Source of the DNA: an uncultured Acidobacteriota bacterium
GTDB taxonomy: Bacteria; Acidobacteriota; Thermoanaerobaculia; Multivoradales; UBA5704
Assembly: GCA_963756595.1 (NCBI GenBank)
Contig: CAVWOZ010000040.1
Coordinates: forward strand, 81-64,080
Direction: 5' to 3'
Length of the DNA stretch: 64,000 nucleotides
Positions 43,001 to 59,000 of the stretch are shown here, one piece after another. The position numbers and the translations under genes were made by a program. Each line of letters begins with the position of its first letter. Within the stretch, counting starts at the first letter, position 1. The notes beneath the pieces are model-generated. The model was not told where the DNA came from, did no database searches, and was given only the letters and a program-made list of their open reading frames with translations.

Positions 43001-44191
43001 GAGGCGCAGGCGCGGCTGGTCCTCGTCGGGCGCTCGCCGTTCCCGGCCCGCGAGCGCTGGGCGGAGTGGCTCGCCGCCCACGGCGAGGGGGACCCGGTGC
43101 GCGCCAAGATCGAGCGCCTGCTCGCCGTCGAGGCGCTCGGGGGGGAGGTGATGACGCTGTCGGCCGACGTCGCCGATCCGGCCGCGATGTTCGCGGTGAA
43201 GGCGGCGGCCGAGGAGCGCTTCGGCGCCATCCACGGGGTGATCCACGCCGCGGGGACCCCCGGCGGCGGCCTCCTCCAGGTGAAGAGCCGCGAGGTGGCC
43301 GAGCGGGTGCTCGCCCCCAAGGTGCGCGGCGCGCTCGTCCTCGCCGGCCTCTTCGCCGGCGAGGCGCTCGACCTCTTCGTGCTCACCTCCTCGAACACCG
43401 TCCTCCTGCCGCAGGTGGGGCAGACCGACTACGTGGCGGCCAACGCCTTCCTCGACGCCTTCGCCGTGGCGCGGGCGCGGACGGGGGAGGCGGCCCTCGC
43501 GATCGGCTGGGACGCCTGGCGGGAGACCGGGATGGCGCTCGCCACCGAGGTCCCCGAGGAGTGGAGGGCGTGGCGGCAGGAGAGCCTCGCCCAGGGGCTC
43601 GCTTCGCGCGAGGGGATCGAGGCGTTCCGCCGCATCGCCGCGTCGGGGCTGCCGCAGGTGGTGGTGTCGACCGTCGACCTCGACACCCGGCGGGCCGAGA
43701 ACGCGCGGATGGCGCGGATGACGCCGCTCGCCTCGCTCGGCGACGCCCCCGATGCCGGCGCTTCGGCGATCCCCGCCACCAGGCACCCGCGCCCGCCCCT
43801 CGCCACCGCCTACGTGACGGCGAAGAGCCCGCTCGAGCGGGAGATCGCCGGCGTCTGGCAGGACATCCTCGGCGTCGAGCCGGTAGGGGTCTACGACAAC
43901 TTCTTCGAGCTGGGGGGGAACTCGCTCGCCGGCCTGCGCCTGGTGCAGCGGCTGCGCGAGCGGCTGGGCGCCGCCCTCTCGGAGGTCAGCCTCTACGAGG
44001 CGCCGACGGTGGCGGCCCTCGCCAAGCTGATCGCCGTCGCCCAGGGGGTGGCGGGCGAGGGGGAGGAGGAGATGGCAGGGGTGCCTGGAGCGGGGGGGGC
44101 GGGGAGCGCGGCGCCGGCGGAGGCCGAGAGCCGCGAGCGCGGCGAGCGCCGCAAGGCGCGGCGGCTGGGACGAAGGGGGGCTGGCGGATGA
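34097..44191 (+). CDS. hybrid NRPS/PKS: FAAL-ACP-C-A-PCP-KS-AT-KR-ACP
   Basis: FAAL LQYTSGST, YGLAE, GRNHYPQD. ACP LDSL. C HHIVTD. A TSGSTG. PCP GGHSL. KS HGTGT and NIGH with QSASSTSL. AT GHSIG and HAFH. KR TGGMGGLG and Y.AAN. ACP GGNSL. ATG at 34097 follows AGGAG. Confidence 0.95.
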   Translation: MSQESSPGATLIEMLRNRAERRGDDLSYTFLLDGETAEAHLTYAELDRRARGLAATLAREGIAPGERVLLLYPPGLDYITAFFGCLYAGAVAVPAYPPRSRRPSARLASIQESAGARAVLAPAAVLAGLDRQLERPAGVLWLAAEGETLSEGAEEWRHPGVDGEALAFLQYTSGSTAAPKGVMLRHANLLANLEQIRLAFAQTAQERTVIWLPPYHDMGLIGGILTPLYVGNPAVLLSPVSFLQRPLRWLQAISRHRGTTSGGPNFAYDLCVEKIGPAEREALDLSSWTLAFNGAEPVRAETLERFAAAFAPCGFRAEAFLPCYGLAEGTLLAASGRRGAGAAVAAFAAGELERHRAVPADGAEAARVLVGAGTPPEGARLLVVDPESGALRGHGEVGEIWIAGPAVAAGYWDLPEVTAASFGARTADGDGPFLRTGDLGFLGAGGELFVTGRQKDLIILRGRNHYPQDLELTVERSHPALRPGCGAAFTVDADAGGGEQLVVVQEVRREQRRDDPAEIVAAIRRAVAEEHEVTVHAVVLLRPATLPKTTSGKVQRAATRARYLEGTLDALDAWQAPAAEALAADEAAADEPEDFTTPAGVGRWLAAQVAARAAVARREIELDQPLAHYPLDSLAAMELMHAVESRFGVTLSMESFFAGASLAELADTIFERAASSTAPLPGAPAAVDPVGDHPLSRGQQSLWFLHALDPAGSAYNVTSAVRVRGELEVAALQASIAALVDRHPVLRTTFPTSRGEPVQRVHPAGSPAFIPALGETDAQGWSDHRLADYLAAEGRRPFDLERGPLMRVVLLTRSALEHVLLLSMHHIVTDFWSLGLLLDDLALLYPALKGGGRATPPALPSPGLAYTDYVRWQEELLASPPGEELWEYWRTRLAGELPVLDLHTDRPRPRVQTYEGAAVQLHLQPHLSARIKALGRRREATPFVTLLAAFETLLHRYTRQDDLLVGSVTAARTRAGFARTLGYCVNPLVLRADFGASGMGASGGEDPGFAEILGRTRADALGAFEHQDFPFPLLVERLQPQRDPGRSPLFQVMFVLQKAQLADGQELTACALGEPGAYANVGGLRLEIVPLEQRIAQFDLTLTMGEVGEAFVASFDYNVQLFDAATVGRWARHFERLLAGIAEHPEAPVSVLPLMTAEEERQLIAVWNDTGIEFRHEATLADLLAEQAARTPEATALLFGGDRLTYGELDRRANRVARRLRALGVAPESRVAVCLERSPALMVALIGVLKAGGAYLPVDPETPRGRVASLLDSAGVEVVITEERLRALIETDEAPPAGLRLLALDSGWAEIARESDSPLAQTALSATATNLACVIYTSGSTGIPKGVLLTHRNLVNLVASFLGSYAPGPADRILPLTAIGFASFVGEIFPLLCAGGTLVLPERAELLDVSALVDLIGRHEVSIVSTVPSMMASLNSLRDRLPRLRLLLVGGEALSAGDVDKLLGSARIVNGYGLTETSVCSTCHTVTAADLVPGVIPPIGRPLMNHRVHLLDRSFQSLPVGCPGEIYVAGDGLARAYLGDPAATAERFLPDPWDTGGRMYRTGDLGLLRSDGELIYLGRVDQQVKLRGFRIELAEIESVLALHPRVRESCVTVRNDGGEAQLVAYLVPEQGESPHPPTVGELLAYLRERLPDYMVPAALVTLRALPLTLNGKVDLTLLPAPDRSRPSLASAYSAPQSELERTITAAWQAELNVEAVGVDDNFFDLGGHSLRMAKVHARLKEALGREISLIELFQYPTVSSLARHLSGAADAATAEGGAQVSRRARSQHPQQAAGGHVDIAIVGMGGRFPGAKGVEELWRNVAGGREGITFFTAEELLAAGVDPAMVANPNYVRAKGILGDVDLFDAAFFGLNPREVELMDPQHRIFLEIAWEALEHAGWDSDRFPGLIGVYAGMSMNTYMIMNLLPHMELVASVDTLQASLGNDKDPLTSRISYKLNLKGPSVTIQSASSTSLVAVHQACQALLQHDCDMALAGGVSIHLPEASGYLYQEGGTTARDGHCRAFDAAATGFVSGHGAGVVVLKRLADALADGDTVYAVIKGSACNNDGSLKVSFSAPSVEGQVDVYRQAYANAGVDPRTVSYIECHGTGTALGDPIEIAALSRVFADGREGGDGRRNYCAIGSLKTNIGHLDTAAGVCGLIKAALALHHGAIPPSLHFESPNPRIDFAGSPFFVNTELRPWPAGLRRAGVTSLGMGGTNAHVVLEEAPAATPETAASGSRPHQLLLLSAKSAAALERATARLADRLREGVEGEPGLDLADVAFTLTHGRKPFQHRRALLASDLADAATALETLDPERLLTTAPEAGDRPVAFLFPGQGAQYLGMGRGLYDSEPGFRADVDLCCRLLLPHLGLDLRQVLFQEEDEAAASERLQGTQLAQAALFVVSWATARLWLSWGVRPEAMLGHSIGEYVAACLAGVFSLEDALAVVAVRGRLMSQMPPGAMLGVPLPEAEVLPLLGEELSLAAVNRPSVSVVSGPVEAIEELSARLALQGLTCRRLHTSHAFHSRMMEPVLQPFVEQVKRVRLEPPRLPFLSNVTGTWIRPEEATDPAYWARQLRQGVRFADGVALLLAEPHRILLEVGPGNTLSTLARQHPAAGAGHAMTPSLRHPKQAEPDAAVLLQAVARFWLAGGEIDWTGFWAGERRRRLALPTYPFERRRYWVDPLPRSAAPKKSKGRRGDPAEWLYAPVWKQSRLPLAPVEKTAAENETWLLFLDAAGLGEALAARLERDGRTVVRVAAGESFSRGPSGFTVAPGKRADYDALLDALGRNPAHVLHLWNAGDAPDAPDTLDAALDRSFYSLVFLAQALARQSATDPTAITVVSTGLAEVTGEEALDPRRAALLGPVEVVPREYPSLTCRSLDVTLGNAAALDRTAGLILAEIGRGTPGDGHGEAPTVAFRGSLRWVRVHEPVPLPAPAPDAAPVLRPRGVCLITGGMGGLGLELAEHLAQEAQARLVLVGRSPFPARERWAEWLAAHGEGDPVRAKIERLLAVEALGGEVMTLSADVADPAAMFAVKAAAEERFGAIHGVIHAAGTPGGGLLQVKSREVAERVLAPKVRGALVLAGLFAGEALDLFVLTSSNTVLLPQVGQTDYVAANAFLDAFAVARARTGEAALAIGWDAWRETGMALATEVPEEWRAWRQESLAQGLASREGIEAFRRIAASGLPQVVVSTVDLDTRRAENARMARMTPLASLGDAPDAGASAIPATRHPRPPLATAYVTAKSPLEREIAGVWQDILGVEPVGVYDNFFELGGNSLAGLRLVQRLRERLGAALSEVSLYEAPTVAALAKLIAVAQGVAGEGEEEMAGVPGAGGAGSAAPAEAESRERGERRKARRLGRRGAGG

Positions 44192-46668
44192 ACCGACCGC
44201 CCCGAGGCCGCCGGCAGGCGGTGAGGAGAGACGACTTGAGATCCGCACTCGGAACCGATCCGAAGCCGTCCCGTTGCCGGGCCGTCCTGCTGGGGGGAGC
44301 CCTCGCCCTGATGCTACCGTGGTCGCTGCCGGCGCAGACGCCGGCGACGGCGCCGCCGCCGGCGACCGACCAGGCCCCGGCGCCTCCCCCGGAGAGCTCC
44401 GCGCAGCGGCCGGCGGCCACCCCCGCCGCGCAGCCGCCGGCGCCGGAGAGCCCCGACCGTCCGGTGGCCACCTCGCCGCCGTCGACGGCGCAGCCCCTCC
44501 TGCCGCCCCCCGACCACGGCACCGACCTGGTCCCCGGCGGCGCGCCCGATCCCAAGTACACCGCGCGGCCGGCCCGCTTCGACACCGCGCCGGTGATCGA
44601 CGGCAAGCTCGACGACGCGGTGTGGAAGACGGCGACCCGGATCACCGGCTTCCGTCAGCTCGAGCCCAAGGAGGGGGAGCCGGCGACCGAGGAGACCGAG
44701 GTCTTCCTCGGCTACGACAAGGACAACCTCTACATCGCCGCCCGCTGCCACGACTCGGAGCCGAAGAAGATCGTCACCACCACGCTGACCCGCGACAGCG
44801 ACGTCGGCTACGACGACACCATCCAGTTCGTCCTCGACACCTACCACGACGGCAGGAGCGCCTACCTCTTCGAGACCAACTCGGGAGGGGTGAAGGTCGA
44901 CGCGCTGGTCCGCAATGAAGGGGAGCAGGTCAACCTCGACTGGGACGGCCTGTGGAGCGTCGAGAGCCGCCGCGACGCCGAGGGGTGGACGACCGAGATC
45001 GCCATCCCCTGGAGCACCCTGCGCTTCCCGGTGAAGAGCGAGCAGCTCTGGGGTTTCAACGTCGAGCGCGAGGTCCCCAGGAAGCAGGAGAGGAGCTTCT
45101 GGAAGCCCCTCTCGCACTCCTGGTACGCGCGCTACAAGATCTCGCAGGCCGGCACGCTGGTCGGCATGGATACGGCGCATCCGGGGAGCCGCTACCACTT
45201 CTCCCCCTACCTGATCACCGGCGTCCAGCAGCCGAAGGACAAGGACACCTCGACCTTCGGACGGGTCGGCGGCGACCTCAAGGTCAACGTCGCCTCCGAC
45301 CTGGTGGCCGACGTCACCGTGAAGACCGACTTCTCGGAGACCGAGGCGGACGAGCAGGACGTCAACCTGACCCGCAGCCCCCTCCTCTTCCCCGAGAAGC
45401 GCGCCTTCTTCCTCGAGGGGTCGAGCCTCTTCTACTTCGGCGAGCGGCCGGACCCCGAGCACCCGGCGGACACCTTCCTCTTCTTCAGCCGGCAGATCGG
45501 CATCACCCCGGACGGCCGGGCGGAGATCCCGGTGCTCGGCGGCGTCAAGCTGACCGGCCACGAGGGGAAATACGACGTCGGCGTCCTCAGTCTGCAGACC
45601 GACGAGGTCCACAAGCCGGACGGCTACGGCGGCACGGTCGACGAGCCGCGCACCACCTGGAGCGCCATGCGCCTGAAGCGCGACCTCGGCAACGGCTCGA
45701 CGTTCGGCATCATCGGCCTGTCGAAGGACGCCACCACCGACCAGAACCGGGTGGGCGGGGCCGACTGGGACATCACCTTGAACCCCAACCTGCGCACCGG
45801 CGGCTACGTCGCCAAGAGCTTCACCCCGAAGCTCGACGGCAACGACTGGCTGGGCTCGGCCGACCTCTACTACGACAGCCGCAACTGGCGCTCGCACGTC
45901 CAGTACACCGGCATCGGCCAGAACTTCAACGACGAGCTGGGCTACCTGACCCGCGTCGGCGTCGACGCCATCCACAACGACAACTACTACATCATGTGGC
46001 CCGACCGGGTGTTCAAGCAGGCCTGGCTGGTCTACGACCTCGACTACATCGTCGACCGCAACACGGGGCAGCTCCAGACCCGGATCAACCACGGCAAGTT
46101 CAGCGCCTACTTCCGTGACGGCTCGGGGATCGCCTACAAGGTCTACGACGAGCTCGAGGTGCTCACCCAGCCGCTCGAGATCAAGCACGGCCTCTTCATC
46201 CCGCCCGGCTCGTACCACTTCTTCCACCACTTCGCCGGCTTCCAGACCGACTACTCGAAGCCGCTCGGCGCCGCCGGGCGCCTCGCCTGGGGGGACTACT
46301 ACGACGGCCACTTCCTCCAGGCCTTCGGCTACGTCACCTACCGGCCGGTCCCCGGCCTCTACACCGCCATCACCTTCCAGCAGACGCAGGTCCACCTGAA
46401 GGAGGGGAGCTTCACCTCCGACATCGCCCTCGGCGAGATCGCCTACGCCTTCTCGAACCGGCTCTCCACCACCCTCTGGGTGCAGTACGACCGCGACGCC
46501 AACACCCGGATCAAGTACGACGTCGACTACGAGTTCCGGCCGGGGTCGCGCCTCTTCCTGATCTATCAGGACATCAAGAGCTACATCGATTTCTTCGACC
46601 CCCGGCAGCCGGTGTTCGGAACCCCCGGACGCTCGCTGCTCGCCAAGGTCGTGTTTCTTTTCCAGTAG
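44188..46668 (+). CDS. CBM9-like/DUF5916-type putative outer-membrane protein
   Basis: ATGA overlap with the upstream stop. Signal peptide, Pro-rich linker, P.IDGKLDD..W, W..EIAIPW..LRF, DFSE.EAD, FPEKR.FFLEG, FFSRQIG, and an aromatic beta-strand C-terminus (KVVFLFQ). Confidence 0.82.
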   Translation: MNRPPRGRRQAVRRDDLRSALGTDPKPSRCRAVLLGGALALMLPWSLPAQTPATAPPPATDQAPAPPPESSAQRPAATPAAQPPAPESPDRPVATSPPSTAQPLLPPPDHGTDLVPGGAPDPKYTARPARFDTAPVIDGKLDDAVWKTATRITGFRQLEPKEGEPATEETEVFLGYDKDNLYIAARCHDSEPKKIVTTTLTRDSDVGYDDTIQFVLDTYHDGRSAYLFETNSGGVKVDALVRNEGEQVNLDWDGLWSVESRRDAEGWTTEIAIPWSTLRFPVKSEQLWGFNVEREVPRKQERSFWKPLSHSWYARYKISQAGTLVGMDTAHPGSRYHFSPYLITGVQQPKDKDTSTFGRVGGDLKVNVASDLVADVTVKTDFSETEADEQDVNLTRSPLLFPEKRAFFLEGSSLFYFGERPDPEHPADTFLFFSRQIGITPDGRAEIPVLGGVKLTGHEGKYDVGVLSLQTDEVHKPDGYGGTVDEPRTTWSAMRLKRDLGNGSTFGIIGLSKDATTDQNRVGGADWDITLNPNLRTGGYVAKSFTPKLDGNDWLGSADLYYDSRNWRSHVQYTGIGQNFNDELGYLTRVGVDAIHNDNYYIMWPDRVFKQAWLVYDLDYIVDRNTGQLQTRINHGKFSAYFRDGSGIAYKVYDELEVLTQPLEIKHGLFIPPGSYHFFHHFAGFQTDYSKPLGAAGRLAWGDYYDGHFLQAFGYVTYRPVPGLYTAITFQQTQVHLKEGSFTSDIALGEIAYAFSNRLSTTLWVQYDRDANTRIKYDVDYEFRPGSRLFLIYQDIKSYIDFFDPRQPVFGTPGRSLLAKVVFLFQ

Positions 46669-46678
46669 GAGACGAGGG

Positions 46679-53092
<6,414 letters not shown>

Positions 53093-53099
53093 GAGAGCC

Positions 53100-56000
53100 T
53101 TGGCGACCCCCGACAGCACCGTCCACGAGCTCTTCGCCGCGCAGGCGAGGCGGACGCCGCGCGCCGTAGCCCTCGCTTCGGACGACGAAGCGATCACCTA
53201 CGCGGAGCTCGAAAAGCGGTCGAACCGCCTGGCGCGCCGCCTCGCGTCCCTCGGCGTCGGCGCCGAGGTGCGGGTGGGGCTCTGCCTCGACCGCTCGCTC
53301 GACCGCGTGGTGGCGACCCTCGCCATCCTCAAGGCCGGCGGCGCCTACGTGCCGCTCGATCCCAACTACCCCGCGGCGCGTCTCGACTACCTGCTACGCG
53401 ACACCGCCGCGCCGGTGGTGATCGCCGACGAGCGCGGGCGCGCGGTGCTGCCGGCGACCGCGGCGATCGTTCTCTCCTTGGATCTCGAACGCGAGGCGCT
53501 GGCGGCGGAGAGCCCCGAGGCGCTGGCGGAGGAGCGGAGCGCCGGTCCGGACGGCCTCGCCTACGTCATCTACACCTCGGGCTCGACCGGCCTTCCCAAG
53601 GGGGTCGCCGTCCGCCATCAGAGCATCGTGCGGCTGGTCACCGACTGCCGCTACGCCCATCTCGGCCCGGACGAGGTGCTGCTCCAGCTCTCCCCCTTCT
53701 CCTTCGATCCCTCGACCTTCGAGATCTGGGGGGCGCTGCTCAACGGCGGTCGCCTGGTGATGCCGCCGCCGGGGACCCTGTCGCTGGCGGCGATCGGCGA
53801 GATCGTCGCCCGCCACCGGGTGACCACCCTCTGGCTCACCTCCGGCCTCTTCCACCAGATGGTGGAGACCGACCTCGCCGCGCTGCGCCCCTTGCGCCAG
53901 CTGCTGGCGGGGGGAGACGCGCTGTCGGCGCCGCGCTGCCGGCGGGTGCTCGCGGAGCTGCCGGGGACGCGGCTGATCAACGGCTACGGCCCGACCGAGA
54001 GCACCACCTTCGCCGCCTGCGCCGCCCTGACCGACCCGGCGCAGCTCGAGCCGTCGGTGACGATCGGCGTGGCGATCCCGGGGACCACGATCGACCTCCT
54101 CGACGGGAATCTCGGGCGCGTGGCGGCCGGGGAGGCGGGGGAGATCTTCATCGGCGGCCGCGGCCTCGCCCGCGGCTACCTCGACCGGCCGGCGCTCACC
54201 GCCGAGCGCTTCGTGCCGCACCCCTTCGGCGCCCCCGGCGAGCGCCTCTACCGGACGGGGGACCTCGCCCGCTTGCGGGCCGACGGCGAGCTGGAGTTCC
54301 TGGGGCGCATCGACGGCCAGCTCAAGGTGCGCGGCTTCCGCATCGAGCCCGAGGAGGTCGAGGCGGCGCTCCTCGTCCATCCCTGGGTGCGCGACGCGGC
54401 CGTGCTGGTGATCGCCCACCCCCGGGGGGACAAGCAGCTGGCGGCCTGCGTGGTTCTGGCGGAGAAGACGCTGGCGGAGGCGGCGAACGGCGGGGAGGAC
54501 CTGGCCGCCGAACTGCGGCCGTTCCTGGGCGCCCGGCTGCCGGAGCCGCTGGTCCCGTCGCTCTACCGCGCCCTCCCTGAGCTGCCGCTGACCGCCAACG
54601 AGAAGGTCGACCGCCGGGCGCTGGCCCGCCCCGAGCTGTGGGCGGAGCCCGAGGTTCCGGAGCCGAGCCATCAACGCCGAGATCCCGTCCACGAGCTGCT
54701 CGCCGGGATATGGGCGGAGGCGCTGGGGCGGCCCCTGGGGAGCGGGGACCTCCCCTTCCTCGCGCTCGGCGGCCATTCCCTCCAGGCCACCCGGGCGCTG
54801 GCGCGGGTGCGGGCGGCGCTGGGGGTCGATCTGCCGGTCTCCGCTCTGCTGGAGGCGCCGGGCCTCGCCGCCTTCGCCGCGGAGGTTGAGCGGGAGCTCG
54901 CCGCCGGCCGGCCGCCGCTCCCCGCAATTACCCCCCGCGGCGCCCGTCCGGCGCCTCCGCAGACCGGCGAGCCGCTCTCCTCCGGGCAGCGCCGCCTCTG
55001 GTTCCTAGACCGCCTCGACCCCGGCTCGCCGGCGCACAACATCCCTCTCGCCATCGACCTCGACGGCCCGTTGGACGTCGCGGTGCTGGAGCGGAGCCTC
55101 GACGCCATCGCCGCCCGCCAGGAGGCGCTGCGCACCCTCCTCGACGCCGGCGCCGACGGCGAGCCGGTGCAGATCGTCGCGGCGCCCGCGCTTCGACCGC
55201 TCCCGCTCGTCGACCTCGCCGCCCTGCCGCCGGCGCGGCGGGACGCCGAACGGCTCCGCCTGACGGGAGAGGAAGCGCGCCGCCCCTTCGACCTCACGCC
55301 GGGGAGCCGCAGGCCGCTTTGGCGCGCCTTCCTGGTCCGTTCGACGGAAGGGGAGCACCGCCTCCTCGCCACCTTCCACCACGCCGTCTTCGACGGCGAG
55401 TCGATCGCCGTGCTTGAGCGCGAGCTGGCGGCGGTCTATCCGGCCCTGCTCGCCGGCGGGGAATCGCCCTTGCTATCTCTCACCGTGCAGCCGGCGGACG
55501 TGGCGGCCTGGCAGCGCCGCTGGCTGAACCCTGAGACGCTGGCCCCCCATCTCGCCTACTTCCGGGAGCGGCTCGCGGGGGTGCCGGCGGCGCTCGACCT
55601 GCCGGCCGATCGCCCGCGCCCGTCCCGGCGCACCGGCCGCGGGGTGAGCCGCGATCTCGCGATCCCTCCCGCGCTCGACCGCGGGGTGCGCGAGCTGGCG
55701 CGCCGGGCCGGCGCCACGACCTTCATGACCCTGCTCGCCGCCTGGGCGGCGTTCCTCCGCCGGGTGACTGGCCAGGAAGACCTCGTCATCGGGTCGGTGC
55801 TGGCGCACCGCGACCGCCCTGAGCTCGAGGAGCTGATCGGCTTCTTCGTCAATACCCTGCCCCTACGCGTAGCGAGCGCCGGCGACCCGCCGTTCCTGGA
55901 TCTTCTCGGCACGGTGCGCGCCGCGGCGCTCGGCCTCTACGCCCACCAGGATCTGCCGCTCGAGCAGCTGCTCGACAAGCTGCGCCCGGCCGGCGGCCTG

Positions 56001-59000
56001 CCCCTCCTCCAGGCGGTCCTCGCGCTGCACCACAACGGCGGCCGGCGCGAGCTGGCCCCGGGTCTGACGATGGCGTGGCACGAGGAGGACACCGGCGCCG
56101 CGCAGTTCGACCTCCTGCTCGACCTCGAGGAGCGGCCGGAGGGGCTCGCCGGTCGGCTGGTCGCGAGCGCCGACCTGTTCACCCCGGCGGCCGTCGAGCG
56201 CCTCGCCCGCGGCTGGGAGACCCTGCTGGCCGGCGCCGTGGCGACGCCGGAGGCGCTCGTCTCGGACCTCCCGCTGTTGAGCGAGACCGAGCGGCAGACC
56301 CTGCTCGCCGACTGGGGGCGCTCCGGCGAGGAACCGGCGTGGAGCGGTTCGGTGCCGGCGCGGATCGCGGCCCTGGCGGGCGCCGACCCGGAGGCCGTCG
56401 CCGTTCTGCCGGCCGACCCCGCCGCGCCGCCGCTGACCTACGGCGAGCTGGCCGCCCGCGCCGGCCGCCTCGCCCGCCATCTGCGGGAGCGCGGCGTGGG
56501 GCGGGGAGTCCTGGTCGGGGTCTACGCCGAGCGGGTGCCGGAGACAGTGATCGGCCTCCTCGCCGTGCTCGCCGCCGGCGGCGCCTTCCTCCCCCTCGAC
56601 CCGACGTTCCCGCCCGAGCGGCTGGAGCTGATCCTCGCCGACGCCCGCGTCTCGCTGCTCCTCGCCCGGGGCCCCCTGGCAGCCACGCTGCCGAGCGGGG
56701 GAGCGGAGGTCGTGCTGCTCGACGAAGCACCCGCGGAATCGCCAAGCGCCGGCCCGCTGCCAGAGGTCGAGCCGGGCGACCTCGCCTACGTCATCTACAC
56801 CTCGGGATCGACCGGCCGTCCCAAAGGGGTGCTGATCCCGCACCGCGGCTTCCTCTGGGCGATCGAGGGGCTGGCGGCTCGCTCGCGGCTGGGTCCGGAG
56901 TCGCGCGTCCTGCAGACCGCCTCGGCGAGCTTCGACGCCTCGGTGTGGGAGACCTGGAGCGCCCTGATCCGCGGCGCCACGCTGGTCATAGGCAGCCGCG
57001 AGGAGATCCTCCCCGGCGCGCCGCTCCTCGCCACGCTGCGCGAGCGTGGGATCACCAACATGTTCCTCCCCCCCTCGGCGCTGGCGGCGATGCCGGAGGG
57101 GGCGAGTCGCGAGCTTTCCGGCCTGGTCAGCCTGGTGGTGGGAGGCGAGGCCTCGTCCCCCGAGTTGGTGGCGCGCTGGGCCCCCGGGCGGCGGCTGTGG
57201 AACGCCTACGGGCCGACGGAGGCGAGCATCTGCGCCACCATGGCGCGGTTGGGGGAGGACGGCGAGACTCCCATCGGGCGGCCGATCGCCGACAACCGCC
57301 TGCTGGTGCTCGGCCGTCACGGCGAGATCGTCCCGCCGGGGGTGGCCGGCGAGCTGTACCTCGGCGGGCGCGGCCTCGCCTTCGGCTACCTCGGCCGGCC
57401 GGACCTCACCGCCGCGGCCTTCGTCCCCGACCGTTTCTCCCACGACGCCGGGGCGCGCCTCTACCGCACCGGCGACCTCGTCCGCTTCCGCGCCGACGGC
57501 CAACTCGAGTTCCTGGGGCGCGCCGACCAGCAGGTCAAGGTGCGCGGCTTCCGCGTCGAGCCCGGGGAGATCGAGGCGCAGATCGCCGAGCACCCGCAAG
57601 TCCGCGAGGTGGCGGTCATCCCCTGGGCGGCGGCAGCCGGCGACCTCCGCCTCGCCGCCTACGTGGTGATGGCGGGCCCCGATGCGAGCCTCGACGAGCT
57701 GCGCGCCTTCCTGCGCGCCCGCCTGCCGGCCCACATGATCCCTTCGGCCTTCCGGACCCTGCCGGCGATGCCGCTCGCCCCCAGTGGCAAGATCGACCGC
57801 CGCGCTCTGCCGCCGCCGCTGACAACGGACGCGGACGAAGCACCCTCCGCGGAAGGATTCGTCCCGCCGGGAACGCCGACCGAGGAGCTGCTGGCCGGGA
57901 TCTGGGGAAAGGTGCTGGGGCAGTCCGGGATCGGCGCCGGCGACGACTTCTTCGACCTCGGCGGCCACTCCCTCCTCGTCGGGCAGGTGCTCGCCCGGGT
58001 GCGCGCCGCCTTCGGCGTCGAGCTGCCGGTGCGCGCGGCCTTCGAGGCCCGCACCCTGGCGGCGCTGGCGGCGCGGATCGAGGCGGGGCTCAAGCACGAC
58101 TCCGCGCGCCCGCCGCTCTTCCGCGCCGCGCATGGCGTCGGCTCGGAGCCTCCGCCGCTCTCCTTCGCCCAGCAGCGCCTCTGGTTCCTCGACCGCCTGG
58201 AGCCGGGATCGCCGCTCTACAACCTGCCGGTGGTGCTCCGCCTCGCCGGCCCGCTCGACGCGGCGTCGCTGGAGCAGGCCATCGACGAGGTCTTCCGGCG
58301 TCACGAGGCGCTGCGCACGACGTTCACCGAAGTTGGAGGCGAGCCTCGGCAGATCGTGGCGCCGTTCCAGCCGCCGGGGCTGCCCCGCGTCGACCTCTCG
58401 GGGCTGCCGTTGGCGGCGGCCCGCTCCGAGGCGGCGAGGCTGGCGGCGCGGGAGGCGCGCCGCCCGTTCGACCTCGCCCGCGGACCCGTGGCGCGCGCCT
58501 CGCTGCTGGGCCTCGACGCTCGCGAGCACCACCTCTTCTTCTTCGTCCACCACGTCGCCTTCGACGGCTGGTCGGTCGAGGTGCTGCGGCGGGAAATGGG
58601 CGCGCTTTACTCGGCGTTCACGGCAGGCAAGGCCTCGCCGCTCGCCGAGCCGGCGTTTCAGTACGGCGACTTCGCCGTCTGGCAGCGCGGCTGTCTCGCC
58701 GGCGCGGCGCTCGAGGCGCAGCTCGCCTACTGGCGGCAGCGGCTCGCCGGCGCGCCCTCCCTCCTCGAGCTGCCGGCCGACCGGCCGCGCCCCCCGGTCC
58801 GGAGCTTCCGTGGCGCCACCCTGCCGCTGGCCTTCCCGGCGGGGCTCACGGCGGCTCTCCGGGCCCTGGCGCGGAGCGAAGGGGCAACCCTCTTCATGAC
58901 CGGCCTCGCCGCCTTCTCGGCCCTCCTCGGCCGCTTCACCGGCCAGACCGACCTGGTGGTGGGCGCTCCCGTCGCCAACCGCGCCGAGGCCGGGATCGAG

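Noticed and set aside
42481-44187. N-terminal 569 aa of the 1395-aa ORF, suggesting an overlapping gene or frameshift fusion
   Set aside because: This is Arg/Gly-rich off-frame translation of the PKS. The real protein starts at ATG 44188 with a signal peptide.
34835-44248. Very long minus-strand ORFs (1481 aa and 1654 aa) and similar ORFs at 15665-18475, 28670-31516, 55863-59408 and 61515-63977
   Set aside because: These are antisense shadows of GC3-rich real genes, with no recognisable motifs.
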